Source: Candidatus Heimdallarchaeota archaeon (GTDB lineage Archaea > Asgardarchaeota > Heimdallarchaeia > Hodarchaeales > Hodarchaeaceae). From it: a DNA stretch of 64,000 nucleotides. The stretch is taken from the NCBI GenBank assembly GCA_020353515.1, contig CP070695.1, positions 2,294,866 through 2,358,865 of the forward strand, read 5' to 3'. A program made the position numbers and the translations under genes. The stretch's first letter is position 1; each line of letters starts with the position of its first letter. Positions 49,061 through 58,714 of this stretch are shown in pieces. The notes beneath the pieces are model-generated. The model was not told the DNA's origin, did not search any database, and was given only the letters and a program-made list of their open reading frames with translations.

Positions 49061-49573
49061 TTATAATTTTGTTGTTTCAATTGATACTCGCTTCACAATT
49101 CCCCCACAGATTGGACATATTTCTACCGCATCTTTAATTTTTTTACCACAACTTTTACATTTCAGTTGCCATTTACGAAGATATGTAATTTTCTTTCCAC
49201 TGACAACTTTTATTGGGATGTTTAAGTAGAGAGCAGCATTTTGTAAATTCAGATCATTAGAGACTAAAGCTCCTTCTAATTGGAGTGCTAAAGCTAAAAC
49301 TTCAATATCTACATGCGATAGCGTAGTTTGTGGATCTATCGTTTGGATTCGTTTCTTCAGTTCTTCAATCAACTTTTTTTGAGGAGAACTTGTTCTTAAA
49401 CGGTCTGAATACTTCAGAATGTCTAAATTCATCCGTGATCGGGAGTCCTTCAGCTCAGAGACGACACTATGAGTAGTAAAGAACGAAACGTTTGTGAGAG
49501 ATTGAAGTTGAGGAAAATCCAATCTGATGAAAGCTGTTGCATCCAATACAAGAGTATTTGGTTCTGAGGCCAT
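49061..49573 (-). CDS. nob1: Nob1 rRNA maturation endonuclease (PIN + Zn ribbon)
   Basis: VLDAT, SELKD, LSHVD, SNDLNLQN and CKSCG...CPICG. Confidence 0.92.
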   Translation of the reverse strand: MASEPNTLVLDATAFIRLDFPQLQSLTNVSFFTTHSVVSELKDSRSRMNLDILKYSDRLRTSSPQKKLIEELKKRIQTIDPQTTLSHVDIEVLALALQLEGALVSNDLNLQNAALYLNIPIKVVSGKKITYLRKWQLKCKSCGKKIKDAVEICPICGGIVKRVSIETTKL

Positions 49574-49578
49574 TGTTT

Positions 49579-50433
49579 TTATTCCCGAATCTCTGGGTTG
49601 AAGTGTTGACGCAACCGTGCCATAAAAGAGCGTGAACGAAAGAATTTAACTGTTTCTTTAGAAGAACGAAAACTAATTTCTATAGGAGGATCATATTCAA
49701 GACTTATTTGACCATCGATTACTATTTTGATGGGATTTATTCGTGTTGCACACCGAATTTTGATATCACGCGATGATCCCAGTATAATTGGTCTGACTGC
49801 AAGATTGATTGGATTGATCCAAGAGATCTCAAAAGTATCAAGAAGTGGATCCAGTACACATCCCCCACTGGAGAGACAATGTCCTGTAGAACCTATTGCC
49901 GTGGCAACAATGATTCCATCAGCTAGAGAGCTAGATATGAATTCACTGTCAACGAGGACACGAAAATCAATAGGTTTTAACAAATCCACGGAAGTAATAA
50001 GTATTTCATTGATCGCTGAACCTAAGCTATGACCATTAATTACGGCCTCAATCCGTTTATGCTCTTCAATATTGAATTTTCCAGATAAGAAATTACTAAA
50101 ACTGGTGGTAACATCCTTAGGTTCGATTTCTGTCATGAATCCTTTTCTTCCTTTGTTAATAGATAAAATAGGTATATCAGGCCTAGTTCGAGCAATTCTA
50201 AGGATAGTACCATCCCCTCCTATTGAAACAATGCAATCTACATTCATATTCTCTAATGATTCCTTTTGAAATGAATGTAAGGGCTTTATTTTTGCCAAAA
50301 AATCGTATAATTCTGGATTCAAGAAAAATGATACTGAAGAACTTTCCTCAACAGAAAGAATTTTTTGAATTATATCAGTAGTTTCCTGAAAGAGTACCTG
50401 TGAGACAATACCAATTCGTGATACTCTCACCAA
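49579..50433 (-). CDS. nadK: NAD kinase
   Basis: GGDGT, NE, ADGIIVAT..GST.H..S.GG and DGQ. Confidence 0.93.
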   Translation of the reverse strand: MVRVSRIGIVSQVLFQETTDIIQKILSVEESSSVSFFLNPELYDFLAKIKPLHSFQKESLENMNVDCIVSIGGDGTILRIARTRPDIPILSINKGRKGFMTEIEPKDVTTSFSNFLSGKFNIEEHKRIEAVINGHSLGSAINEILITSVDLLKPIDFRVLVDSEFISSSLADGIIVATAIGSTGHCLSSGGCVLDPLLDTFEISWINPINLAVRPIILGSSRDIKIRCATRINPIKIVIDGQISLEYDPPIEISFRSSKETVKFFRSRSFMARLRQHFNPEIRE

Positions 50434-50462
50434 AGGCTATACAACTCGTTGAATGTTTTTTT

Positions 50463-50900
50463 TTAAAGAGACATTTCTCGGACTTGCATGATCTTACTCC
50501 GATCCATCACAATCCAATATTCTATTTCAACTGTTTTTCCAGCTGAGAATAATGAATTGAGTTTATTGTTTAATTCCTCATCGGGGGGAGGATCTGCAAC
50601 AAATGTATCATATGTCTCGTTATCCATAGCATGGACAAAGCCAGTATTGGTTTCAACATTTGTAACTTGAGCAACACGTTTTTCAATTATTGGAACATTG
50701 ATTCTTTTATCGACTGGTGAAATAAATTGCCTTTTTTGATTGTCAAACAGTCCGATTAGCATCATCCTCGCTTTGGCTGCCCCATGTTTTCCAGGTTTAC
50801 TTTTATCAATAGAGATAACTCTGCAAGGTTCGTTTGAATCGGGATCAATGATGTAACGACCTATTTTTATACTACCAACTTTTTTAGGTTCATACGACAT
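50463..50900 (-). CDS. eif5a: Translation factor aIF5A
   Basis: Hypusine loop SKPGKHGAAK. Confidence 0.96.
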   Translation of the reverse strand: MSYEPKKVGSIKIGRYIIDPDSNEPCRVISIDKSKPGKHGAAKARMMLIGLFDNQKRQFISPVDKRINVPIIEKRVAQVTNVETNTGFVHAMDNETYDTFVADPPPDEELNNKLNSLFSAGKTVEIEYWIVMDRSKIMQVREMSL

Positions 50901-51363
50901 AATCTAAGCACCATCTCTGGTTTTGTACAGCGTTTAAGATAGGGCAAAACCCTATTTTAAAAATCCTTTGAACTTGGATACAAATTATTATATATCGGTA
51001 CTATTAAGATGTAGAACATCACACCAAATAAATGTTTATCTTTTCTCGGTAGAAAACTTGTCTCTATTCAAGCTGAACTATTCGAATTGCCCAACTAGTA
51101 TGAATTCAGGAGTGGTAATAAAATTGCTAATTATAAACAAATTTCTAAAGAAAATGATATTATGTCTCATAGTTTCTTTTTTTCAACTGATTACTGCCCC
51201 ATTACTGTTTTTTGGTGAATGGTGATTATCTATAATTCTCTCTACTATCAAATTTGATATCATCTTTTACTACTGAGATACATACACTTAGTTGATAAGT
51301 TAAAATTTAATTCGAAGGAAATGAAAGAGATAAAGGAATAGAGTTATTATTTGGTGATTTTTA

Positions 51364-52095
51364 TTGTTTGCGCCAAAGGGTTTAGGTTATGATAGAGGGA
51401 GTACTATTTTTAGTCCTGATGGACGTCTGTTTCAAGTTGAGTACGCTATCGAAGCTGTTAAACGCGGAACAACAGCCATTGGGGTTAAAACTGAAGAGGG
51501 GTGTTGTTTAGCAGTTCAGAAACGGTTGCACACATCTCTTGTTGAGAAAGAGATGGTAAAGAAAATCTTTGCTATCGATGATCACATTGCTGCAGCCATT
51601 GCAGGATTAACCGCTGATGCTCATGTTCTCGTGAATCAAGCACGAATTCAAGCACAGATTCACAGGATTACATATAGCGAAGCTATAACTGTAGAGGCAC
51701 TAACTCGTCGGTTAGCGAATTTAAAGCAGATGTACACTCAACACGCAGGAGTACGGCCATTTGGGGTTTCATTGTTAATAGCTGGATGTGATGAAATGAT
51801 AGGCCCTCAATTATATATGACTGAACCAAGTGGTAGTTATTGGGGCTATCGAGCAACTGCGATAGGCTCAAGTGCCCCCGCAATCATAGAATTTCTTGAG
51901 GGAGAATATCAAAAAATTGCTAAGACATTAGAAGACGGGAGTATAACTGCTTTAAAAGCCCTTAAGCAAGTATCTGAAGGGGATTTAGACCCCGAGATGA
52001 TTGAAATCGCGGTGATCTCCAAGAAAACTCGAATTATTGAATATTTGCGCAAACAAGACATTATTACGCTTATCAAGCGTTTACAGGAGAGTTAA
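51364..52095 (+). CDS. psmA: Proteasome alpha subunit
   Basis: GYDR..TIFSPDGRLFQVEYA and RPFGVSLL. Confidence 0.97.
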   Translation: MFAPKGLGYDRGSTIFSPDGRLFQVEYAIEAVKRGTTAIGVKTEEGCCLAVQKRLHTSLVEKEMVKKIFAIDDHIAAAIAGLTADAHVLVNQARIQAQIHRITYSEAITVEALTRRLANLKQMYTQHAGVRPFGVSLLIAGCDEMIGPQLYMTEPSGSYWGYRATAIGSSAPAIIEFLEGEYQKIAKTLEDGSITALKALKQVSEGDLDPEMIEIAVISKKTRIIEYLRKQDIITLIKRLQES

Positions 52096-52097
52096 AG

Positions 52098-52832
52098 ATG
52101 TTACGAGACGCGCGTAGGGTTGATTTAACAGGGAAATCAATTGTTCGCGCAAAATTTGAAGGGAATAGATTTGAAATCATCGTTAATCCTGAATTGGCTT
52201 TAAAATATAAAATGGGATTACTTGATGATACAACCAATGTTTCTGAAATTCTCGAAATGGATGAGATTTTTCATAATGCGAGTAAAGGGGAAAAGGTGAC
52301 TGAGGAGATTCTCTTACATTGCTTTGAGACCACAAATATCATCAAAATCGCTGAGAAAGTGCTAATCAAGGGTGAGCTTAATCTAACAGCAGAACAAAGA
52401 CAGGAATTCTTCGAAAAAAAACGTCGACAAATTGTAACCCTTCTATCCAAAACGTGTATTAATCCCAAGACACGAACACCTCATCCTCCCCTGCGTATTG
52501 AGAATGCAATGAAAGAAGCAAAAATAATGATCGACCCAACATCTCCAGCAGAAAGTCAGCTTAAGGACATAATCAAAGAGCTACGTCGAGTTTTACCAAT
52601 TAGCATGGAAACGGTGAAACTTGCAGTTAAAATTCCACCAGAGTTCACAGGGAAGGCTTATGGCGAAATAAAACGTGATGCTCAAATTGAGAAAGATGAA
52701 TGGCAGAATGATGGACATTGGATTGCAGTAGTAACTGTGGCAGCTGGAATACAGGGAGAATTTATGGAAAGGGTTCAAAACATGACAAAGGGTCGTGCTG
52801 AGATTAAGATTATAGAAAGAATTCGGTTATAA
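52098..52832 (+). CDS. sdo1: Ribosome maturation factor SBDS/Sdo1
   Basis: RFEI, LTAEQR and NPKT.TPHPP.RIENAM. Confidence 0.95.
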   Translation: MLRDARRVDLTGKSIVRAKFEGNRFEIIVNPELALKYKMGLLDDTTNVSEILEMDEIFHNASKGEKVTEEILLHCFETTNIIKIAEKVLIKGELNLTAEQRQEFFEKKRRQIVTLLSKTCINPKTRTPHPPLRIENAMKEAKIMIDPTSPAESQLKDIIKELRRVLPISMETVKLAVKIPPEFTGKAYGEIKRDAQIEKDEWQNDGHWIAVVTVAAGIQGEFMERVQNMTKGRAEIKIIERIRL

Positions 52833-52875
52833 TCTACTAATTTTTATGATAATATCAATTAATTTTGTATAAGAA

Positions 52876-53616
52876 GTGAACAAAATGACCATTTTAGTAA
52901 CCAGAAATCAACTTGTTATTCCTGGTGATATATTAGCTCGTGGTTCTGGATTTAAAGTTGGTGGGGGAGTATACCGTAAAAATGTCAACAATGAGACCGA
53001 GATTTATGCGTCTATGATAGGTTTGGCACAAATTAGAAAAAATAGAGTGGGAGTTGTTCCATTAGAAGGTTGTTACATTCCATTAGAAGGAGATATTGTT
53101 ATCGGAATGGTTACCAAGGTAGGTATCACTTCTTGGAATGTTGACATACGAGGTCCCTATGTTGGGACACTTAGAGTAAGTAATGTCATTGATCGAGATT
53201 TTGATGCTCTCAGAGAAAGCCTTGATCGTATTTTAAAGACTGGAGACATTGTAAAAGCTCAAATTGCCTTTTTTGACCGAATGCGAGATCCTGTTCTCAC
53301 TTTACAAGGACGAGGTTTACGTAAAATTAACAAAGGACGGTTGATTGAAGTTGATCCTGTAAAAATTCCTAGGATTATTGGCAAAAAAGGAAGTATGATT
53401 CAACTATTAAAAAATATGACTAATGCTCAAATTCTTGTTGGACAAAATGGCCGAATAGTCATTATTGCATTCAATCTAGAGACTGAAAATCTGGTTGAAC
53501 GTGCAATCCGAAAGATCGAAGCAGAGGCCCATACTAGTGGATTGACTGACAGAATTCGCGAGTTTTTGGAAAAAGAAAAAGGAAAATTATCTGAAAGAAG
53601 TGAAGAAGATGAATGA
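52876..53616 (+). CDS. rrp4: Exosome RNA-binding subunit Rrp4
   Basis: V.PGD, YIP..GD.VIG and KH motif PRIIGKKGSM. Confidence 0.95.
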   Translation: MNKMTILVTRNQLVIPGDILARGSGFKVGGGVYRKNVNNETEIYASMIGLAQIRKNRVGVVPLEGCYIPLEGDIVIGMVTKVGITSWNVDIRGPYVGTLRVSNVIDRDFDALRESLDRILKTGDIVKAQIAFFDRMRDPVLTLQGRGLRKINKGRLIEVDPVKIPRIIGKKGSMIQLLKNMTNAQILVGQNGRIVIIAFNLETENLVERAIRKIEAEAHTSGLTDRIREFLEKEKGKLSERSEEDE

Positions 53617-54364
53617 AGAAAAATCCCCTCTTTTACTTGAAGATGGACGACGTTTAGATGGCCGTGGGTTTCAGGACCTAAGACCAATAGAAATGCAGAC
53701 TGGTATTCTTGGCCGAGCTGATGGAAGTTGTTATCTCAAATGGGGAAATAATAAAATAATTTGTGCAATTTATGGACCGCGAGAACTACACCCCAAACAT
53801 CTTGCCCAACCAGACAGAGCAATTGTACGTGTTGAATATCGACTCGCAACCTTTTCAGTTGGTGAAAGAAAAAGTCCAGCTCCCCGTCGTAGAGAGTATG
53901 AACTTAGCAAAATATTGTCTGAATCGATTAATTCAGCTCTATTTTTGGAAAAATTTCCCACTGGTACAATAGATGTGTTCATCACCGTTTTAGATGCGGA
54001 TGGCGGGACTCGATGTGCTGCATTGACAGCTGCTTCTCTAGGATTAGCAGATGCAGGTATTCCAATGAGAGGTATAATAACTGGATGTGCTGTTGGGAAA
54101 GTTGGCGGAGAAATTGCGGTTGATTTATCTGACGTTGAAGATAAAGATGGAGAAGGTGATATGCCAGTCGCAATGATATATAATACTGGAGAGATTACAT
54201 TACTCCAGTGTGATGGGGTATTTACACCAGAAGAGGTCAAGGAAGGGCTTAAAGCTGCAAAAACAGCTATTGGCCAAATATATCAATTCCAACGAAGTGC
54301 TCTATTGAGTAAATATTCCCAAATTGAAGAACCTCTCGACGAACTAAGCGACGAAGAAGAATAG
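53612..54364 (+). CDS. rrp41: Exosome subunit Rrp41
   Basis: RLDGR, YGPRE and ADGGTRCA. Confidence 0.96.
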   Translation, partial: NEEKSPLLLEDGRRLDGRGFQDLRPIEMQTGILGRADGSCYLKWGNNKIICAIYGPRELHPKHLAQPDRAIVRVEYRLATFSVGERKSPAPRRREYELSKILSESINSALFLEKFPTGTIDVFITVLDADGGTRCAALTAASLGLADAGIPMRGIITGCAVGKVGGEIAVDLSDVEDKDGEGDMPVAMIYNTGEITLLQCDGVFTPEEVKEGLKAAKTAIGQIYQFQRSALLSKYSQIEEPLDELSDEEE

Positions 54365-54375
54365 GTGAGAAGATT

Positions 54376-55230
54376 ATGCGTTCAGATGACATAATAGCTA
54401 GCTTAGAAAAAAAATATTTAACTGACTTACTTTCAAAAGGGCAACGGATGGATAATCGAGGTTTTTGGGAGAGCCGTCCAATTCAGATCGTACCTAATGT
54501 TATAAAAAAGGCTGAAGGTTCAGCAATGGTGAAATGGGGTGATACAGTGGTGTTAGCTGGCGTGAAAGCTCAATTGGGATCCCCATTCCCTGATACACCA
54601 AATGATGGAGTGATTACAGTGAACCTTGAACTTTCTCCGATATCTTCTCCTTCATACGAAAGTGGTCCACCTGGGCCACTAGCCATTGAAATGGCTCGCG
54701 TTGTGGATCGCGGAATCCGTGAAAGTAAGGTAATTCCAATGAATGACCCAAAATTATGTGTGATTCCTGGAAAAACTGTATGGATATTATTTGTTGACAT
54801 TTATATTCTTGATGACGGAGGTAATTTAATAGATGTATCAGCGCTTGCAGCAATGGCAGCTCTCGCGAATACACGATTAAATAAGGTTTTAATTGACGAA
54901 GAAACAGAAGAAGCCACTTTATTGGAGGAAACTGAGCCCTTACCACGAAACGGTTCTGTAGCCAGTCTGACTTATGTAAAAATCGATGATTTAATCCTAT
55001 ATGACCCAAATTTAATAGAAGATCGGGGGAAAATCGCCCGATTTTCTGTAGCGATCACTAATGAAGGATTTATATGTTCCATGCAGAAAGGTGAAACAGG
55101 AGTCTTTTTGGAAGAGGAAATCATAACTATTTTGGAAAAAGCTTCAGATCAAGTAAAGCCATTAATCGAAATTATTGAGAAAAACTCACAAATAACAGAA
55201 CATAGAGAAATGTTTCGATTTGATTTTTAA
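54376..55230 (+). CDS. rrp42: Exosome subunit Rrp42
   Basis: KAEGSA, PFPDTP, ARVVDRGIRES and DGGNLID. Confidence 0.96.
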   Translation: MRSDDIIASLEKKYLTDLLSKGQRMDNRGFWESRPIQIVPNVIKKAEGSAMVKWGDTVVLAGVKAQLGSPFPDTPNDGVITVNLELSPISSPSYESGPPGPLAIEMARVVDRGIRESKVIPMNDPKLCVIPGKTVWILFVDIYILDDGGNLIDVSALAAMAALANTRLNKVLIDEETEEATLLEETEPLPRNGSVASLTYVKIDDLILYDPNLIEDRGKIARFSVAITNEGFICSMQKGETGVFLEEEIITILEKASDQVKPLIEIIEKNSQITEHREMFRFDF

Positions 55231-55405
55231 TCAAATTCAGTTGATGAAATATCATACTCTAAATGATGACGATATCAATAAATATGAACCTTAAGGAGCT
55301 CTCTTATAGGATATTAATGAATCTTGAATCTGGAAATCTCCTCTATATCCTATAGAGATGATATCCGTCTGTAAATAACACATTAAATGGAGTAACAGAG
55401 TTAAA

Positions 55406-55681
55406 ATGGGACGAACTAAAAAAGTAGGATCCACGGGACGCTTCGGTACTAGGTACGGTGCTACCATTCGGAAAAGAATTAAAAAAATTGAAAGCGTTTC
55501 GAAAATTAAACACCAGTGTCCTTCCTGCAATTTAAATAAGGTTAACCGAGTTTCAATTGGTATTTGGGAGTGCAGTTTTTGTGGTTTTCGATTTACTGGC
55601 GGATCGTGGTCTCCAGAGACACCAGGGGGAAAAATTGCTCTTCGTACAGCAAAACGATTAGCTAGTGAACCCGAAACGTAG
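55406..55681 (+). CDS. rpl37ae: Ribosomal protein L37Ae (eL43)
   Basis: GRFGTRYG, CPSC...GIWEC..C. Confidence 0.97.
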   Translation: MGRTKKVGSTGRFGTRYGATIRKRIKKIESVSKIKHQCPSCNLNKVNRVSIGIWECSFCGFRFTGGSWSPETPGGKIALRTAKRLASEPET

Positions 55682-55719
55682 TTCTTCATTTTCTATCCAT
55701 TTTCTTAAGAGAAAGAACG

Positions 55720-56262
55720 ATGTTGATAACAACATCCCGAAATCCTACTCATTATTTACGTCGAATAAGTAAAATTATTGCTTTTTCCCTCCCTAACTCT
55801 CAGAGATTGACCCGAGGGTCATTGAGTCTTGATAAAGTTTTCAGATATTGTTGGAACCAGCAGATTTCTCGACTCCTTATCCTTCAAAAAAATTCAGAGA
55901 AGGATTCAATTCTAGTAAAAGCCTATTTAATAGAGGAAAAACCTAAACCAATAAAAACGGGGATTGAATTAACAAAAATAATATCTTTACAGAAACATGA
56001 TAAAACACAGCGTATCATGATTGAAAATGTCGAGCTAGAGTTCTCTGATGAGGTGAATAGAGAAATAAAGGAAAAAGTAAATACCTTCTTTGCCCCAACT
56101 ATTCAAGCTTCAGGATCCAGTCGTGTGCCGAAGCTTTTAACAATAAGCTTCAAAAAAAACACATCTAATTCCCTTATTGGACAAGCTGTTCAACAAAATT
56201 CGTCAAATTCGCTACCACTTTATACAATTCATATCTCTTTAGAATGTTTTAACAATGAGTAA
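55720..56262 (+). CDS. Brix/Imp4-like ribosome biogenesis protein
   Basis: MLITTSR.P...RG..SL N-terminus; canonical position in the superoperon. Confidence 0.8.
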   Translation: MLITTSRNPTHYLRRISKIIAFSLPNSQRLTRGSLSLDKVFRYCWNQQISRLLILQKNSEKDSILVKAYLIEEKPKPIKTGIELTKIISLQKHDKTQRIMIENVELEFSDEVNREIKEKVNTFFAPTIQASGSSRVPKLLTISFKKNTSNSLIGQAVQQNSSNSLPLYTIHISLECFNNE

Positions 56263-56521
56263 CAAATTTGAATTTCAATTTTATATTCGATATGATTCTG
56301 AGGAAGAGGCCAGAATCATCTTCACATCTCTGATGCCTGAGATTCAGGAGCAACGTTTCGAGCGATCAAAAGCCACAGTCGAATTAAAGGCACAAAAAAT
56401 TGAGATTAACATCGTTGCTCAAGATATTAATGCAGCTAAAGCCACAATTAATTCTATTTTGAGATGGATTTCCAGTACTACAAAAGCCCTCTTGATATTA
56501 TCAAAACAAACTTTTAACTAA
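56255..56521 (+). CDS. pcc1: KEOPS subunit Pcc1
   Basis: SL.PE, RS, I.A.D..A.KA.INS.LRW. Confidence 0.88.
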   Translation: MSNKFEFQFYIRYDSEEEARIIFTSLMPEIQEQRFERSKATVELKAQKIEINIVAQDINAAKATINSILRWISSTTKALLILSKQTFN

Positions 56522-56586
56522 TATTATTCTTCGACACTCCAAGAGGAAATATTCAAATAATTCGCTAGTGACTTGTGGTTGTTAAT

Positions 56587-56949
56587 ATGGCCTTCCGTGA
56601 ACTCTCTCCTGCAAAGCAAGAACAGCTCTTAAGATTCCGACAGTTAGAACAGACTATTCAAAATCTGAGAATACAACTTTCTGAGATTTCTCGTGCTCTT
56701 TCCGAAATTGAGATGACTAAAAAGGAATTAAAGAATTTAGATACTGAAAAAGAAGTTTGGAAAACTATAGGATCAGTTATGTTTCCTAAGAAAGTTGGTG
56801 AGATCCTAACAGAATTAACAGAACGAACAGAATTACTTGAACTGAAACAAAAGAGTTTTTCTTCTCAAGAAGCACAAAATGTTAAACGATTAGAAGAGTT
56901 ACAAGCTCGTTTAAGTGAAGATTTAGGTGATTTGCAGCCATCAAATTGA
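56587..56949 (+). CDS. pfdB: Prefoldin beta subunit
   Basis: Coiled coil with a VWKTIG hairpin; operon position. Confidence 0.9.
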   Translation: MAFRELSPAKQEQLLRFRQLEQTIQNLRIQLSEISRALSEIEMTKKELKNLDTEKEVWKTIGSVMFPKKVGEILTELTERTELLELKQKSFSSQEAQNVKRLEELQARLSEDLGDLQPSN

Positions 56950-56974
56950 TCACATTATCATCTGGTTTAGAAAC

Positions 56975-57280
56975 ATGGATTCTTTGATAACCTACGAATT
57001 TGACGAGATTTTAGACCAATTATACTCAAAAATAAAACAGTTTCTTCATACTAAAGTTGGGGAAGATCTAGATCAAGATCTGATTGATATTAGCCTTGAG
57101 ACGACAGAAAATGGAGAACTCATTGTTAATATCGATTTATATCTAGAATTATCACCTTTTTCAAACTTCAATGTGCAAGAAGTCGCTGAAGAAGCTGTTA
57201 AACATGGTATCAAAGAAGCTGACCAAATTTGTCCCTATGTTATAAAAATTCAGAATAAACAAGCTAACCAAAAGAAGTAA
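56975..57280 (+). CDS. DUF3194-like protein
   Basis: Acidic small protein following pfdB; DISLE...LIVNIDL..AEEAV. Confidence 0.6.
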   Translation: MDSLITYEFDEILDQLYSKIKQFLHTKVGEDLDQDLIDISLETTENGELIVNIDLYLELSPFSNFNVQEVAEEAVKHGIKEADQICPYVIKIQNKQANQKK

Positions 57281-57281
57281 T

Positions 57282-58235
57282 ATGAATATGTCTCAAATCT
57301 CAACGTGTTGTGAAAATTCTTCATACACCCAGGATCCTCAATCTAAGAAGCTTTATTGCAAGAATCATTTCATCGAACTCATAGATAACAAAGTAAGAAA
57401 AGCCATAAATCGTTTTAATATGTTGGATAGAAATGACCATATAGGTCTAGGGTATTCGGGGGGAAAAGACAGCTCTGTCCTGCTTAATATCCTTGTTAAG
57501 CTCCAAAATCGATATCCTAGTTGTAATTTAACTGTATTGACAATTGATGAAGGAATCAAAGGATATAGAGATGAATGTTTGGAGCTTACACGAAAAATTG
57601 CAGAGAAATATCAAGTATATCATGTTATAAAATCCTTCAAGAACATTTTCGGGGCAACCTTAGACCAAATGGTTGAAACAAGTCTTGAAAAGAAATCTTC
57701 ATTGTCTGCTTGCGCAATTTGTGGCATGCTCCGTCGTCGAGCTTTGAATATTGCAGCTAAACAGGTCAATGTAACCAAAATTGCCACAGCACATAATTTG
57801 GACGACGAAGCTCAATCTATTCTATTGAATTTATTACGAGGGGATTCTAATAGATTTATTCGTTTATCTCGCGCACCAATTTTAAAATTCAAGACTTTAA
57901 TCCCCCGTATACGGCCTTTCGTATATGTTACTGAACCTGAAATTGTTCTCTATGCATATGCTAAGAATTTAGAATATCATTCATATCCGTGTCCTTATGC
58001 TTCTTCTGCAATGAGGAATAATGTCAGGACATTTTTGTCTAAAATGGAAGGAAAACGACCAAGTACTTTACGAAATATTGTGAATCTTCATGATACAATT
58101 GGTCAATACTTTCCTAAAGAGGAAAGCCTAAAGCCTCCTTTTTTATGCCAAATCTGTGGAGAAATTTCGTCCTACGAGATTTGTCCTATATGTCAGCTCC
58201 TAGATGATCTTGGAATTGAAAAGTCATTGAAATGA
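57282..58235 (+). CDS. tRNA 2-thiolation enzyme (NcsA/TtuA/Ctu1 family)
   Basis: SGGKDS, IDEGI.GYR, C..CG..RR, ATAHNLDDEAQ, CPY and C-terminal Zn finger. Confidence 0.92.
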   Translation: MNMSQISTCCENSSYTQDPQSKKLYCKNHFIELIDNKVRKAINRFNMLDRNDHIGLGYSGGKDSSVLLNILVKLQNRYPSCNLTVLTIDEGIKGYRDECLELTRKIAEKYQVYHVIKSFKNIFGATLDQMVETSLEKKSSLSACAICGMLRRRALNIAAKQVNVTKIATAHNLDDEAQSILLNLLRGDSNRFIRLSRAPILKFKTLIPRIRPFVYVTEPEIVLYAYAKNLEYHSYPCPYASSAMRNNVRTFLSKMEGKRPSTLRNIVNLHDTIGQYFPKEESLKPPFLCQICGEISSYEICPICQLLDDLGIEKSLK

Positions 58236-58237
58236 TA

Positions 58238-58510
58238 TCAATCTTCACCCACAGCTAGAAATTTCTGATTGTCTTCAATCCTTTTAATCATTCTTTGATT
58301 CTTTTTAATGGATTGGATGTGAATTAATCCTTTTATTTCTAATTTCATTAAAGCTCGGTTCAATTCCCTTTCTGAAAACTCTCCAACGTCATTTTCTAAT
58401 AACCGAATCAAATCATCTTCTAATAAGACCCCTTCCCGACGTTCAACAATATTCATGATCGAAAAAGTTAAGGGAAAAGGTCTCCAATATGGATCTTTAT
58501 TTACTACCAT
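58238..58510 (-). CDS. Small winged-helix protein
   Basis: SERELNRALMKLEIKGLI wHTH pattern. Confidence 0.75.
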   Translation of the reverse strand: MVVNKDPYWRPFPLTFSIMNIVERREGVLLEDDLIRLLENDVGEFSERELNRALMKLEIKGLIHIQSIKKNQRMIKRIEDNQKFLAVGED

Positions 58511-58714
58511 CTTTGTTACCTTGGGATTTGTCTTATAAGAGAGATATAATTTAAAGTAAGAGATTTGTTACATCAATGGTCAAATGATATAGATTTATTG
58601 TGTTTATTCTGTTAACTTGAGTAGTTAAGATTTCTGGAGTTTTACGATTCTTCTTCTATTTTTTTTGGTGAGAGGCTCACAATGTCTCTTTTTCGGAAAT
58701 ACTTCTTAGCATCT

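Noticed and set aside
50968-51225. 85-aa ORF between aIF5A and psmA
   Set aside because: Composition is typical of AT-rich divergent promoter DNA; no SD or motif.
55240-55287. Fourth box C/D sRNA (TTGATGA...ATGATGA...ATGA)
   Set aside because: D and D' boxes are poor (CTAA, ATGA), there is no D'-C' spacer, and the guides are very AT-rich.
51364-58235. Proteasome-SBDS-exosome-L37Ae-Brix-Pcc1-prefoldin cluster as a novel system
   Set aside because: This is the well-known conserved archaeal exosome superoperon.
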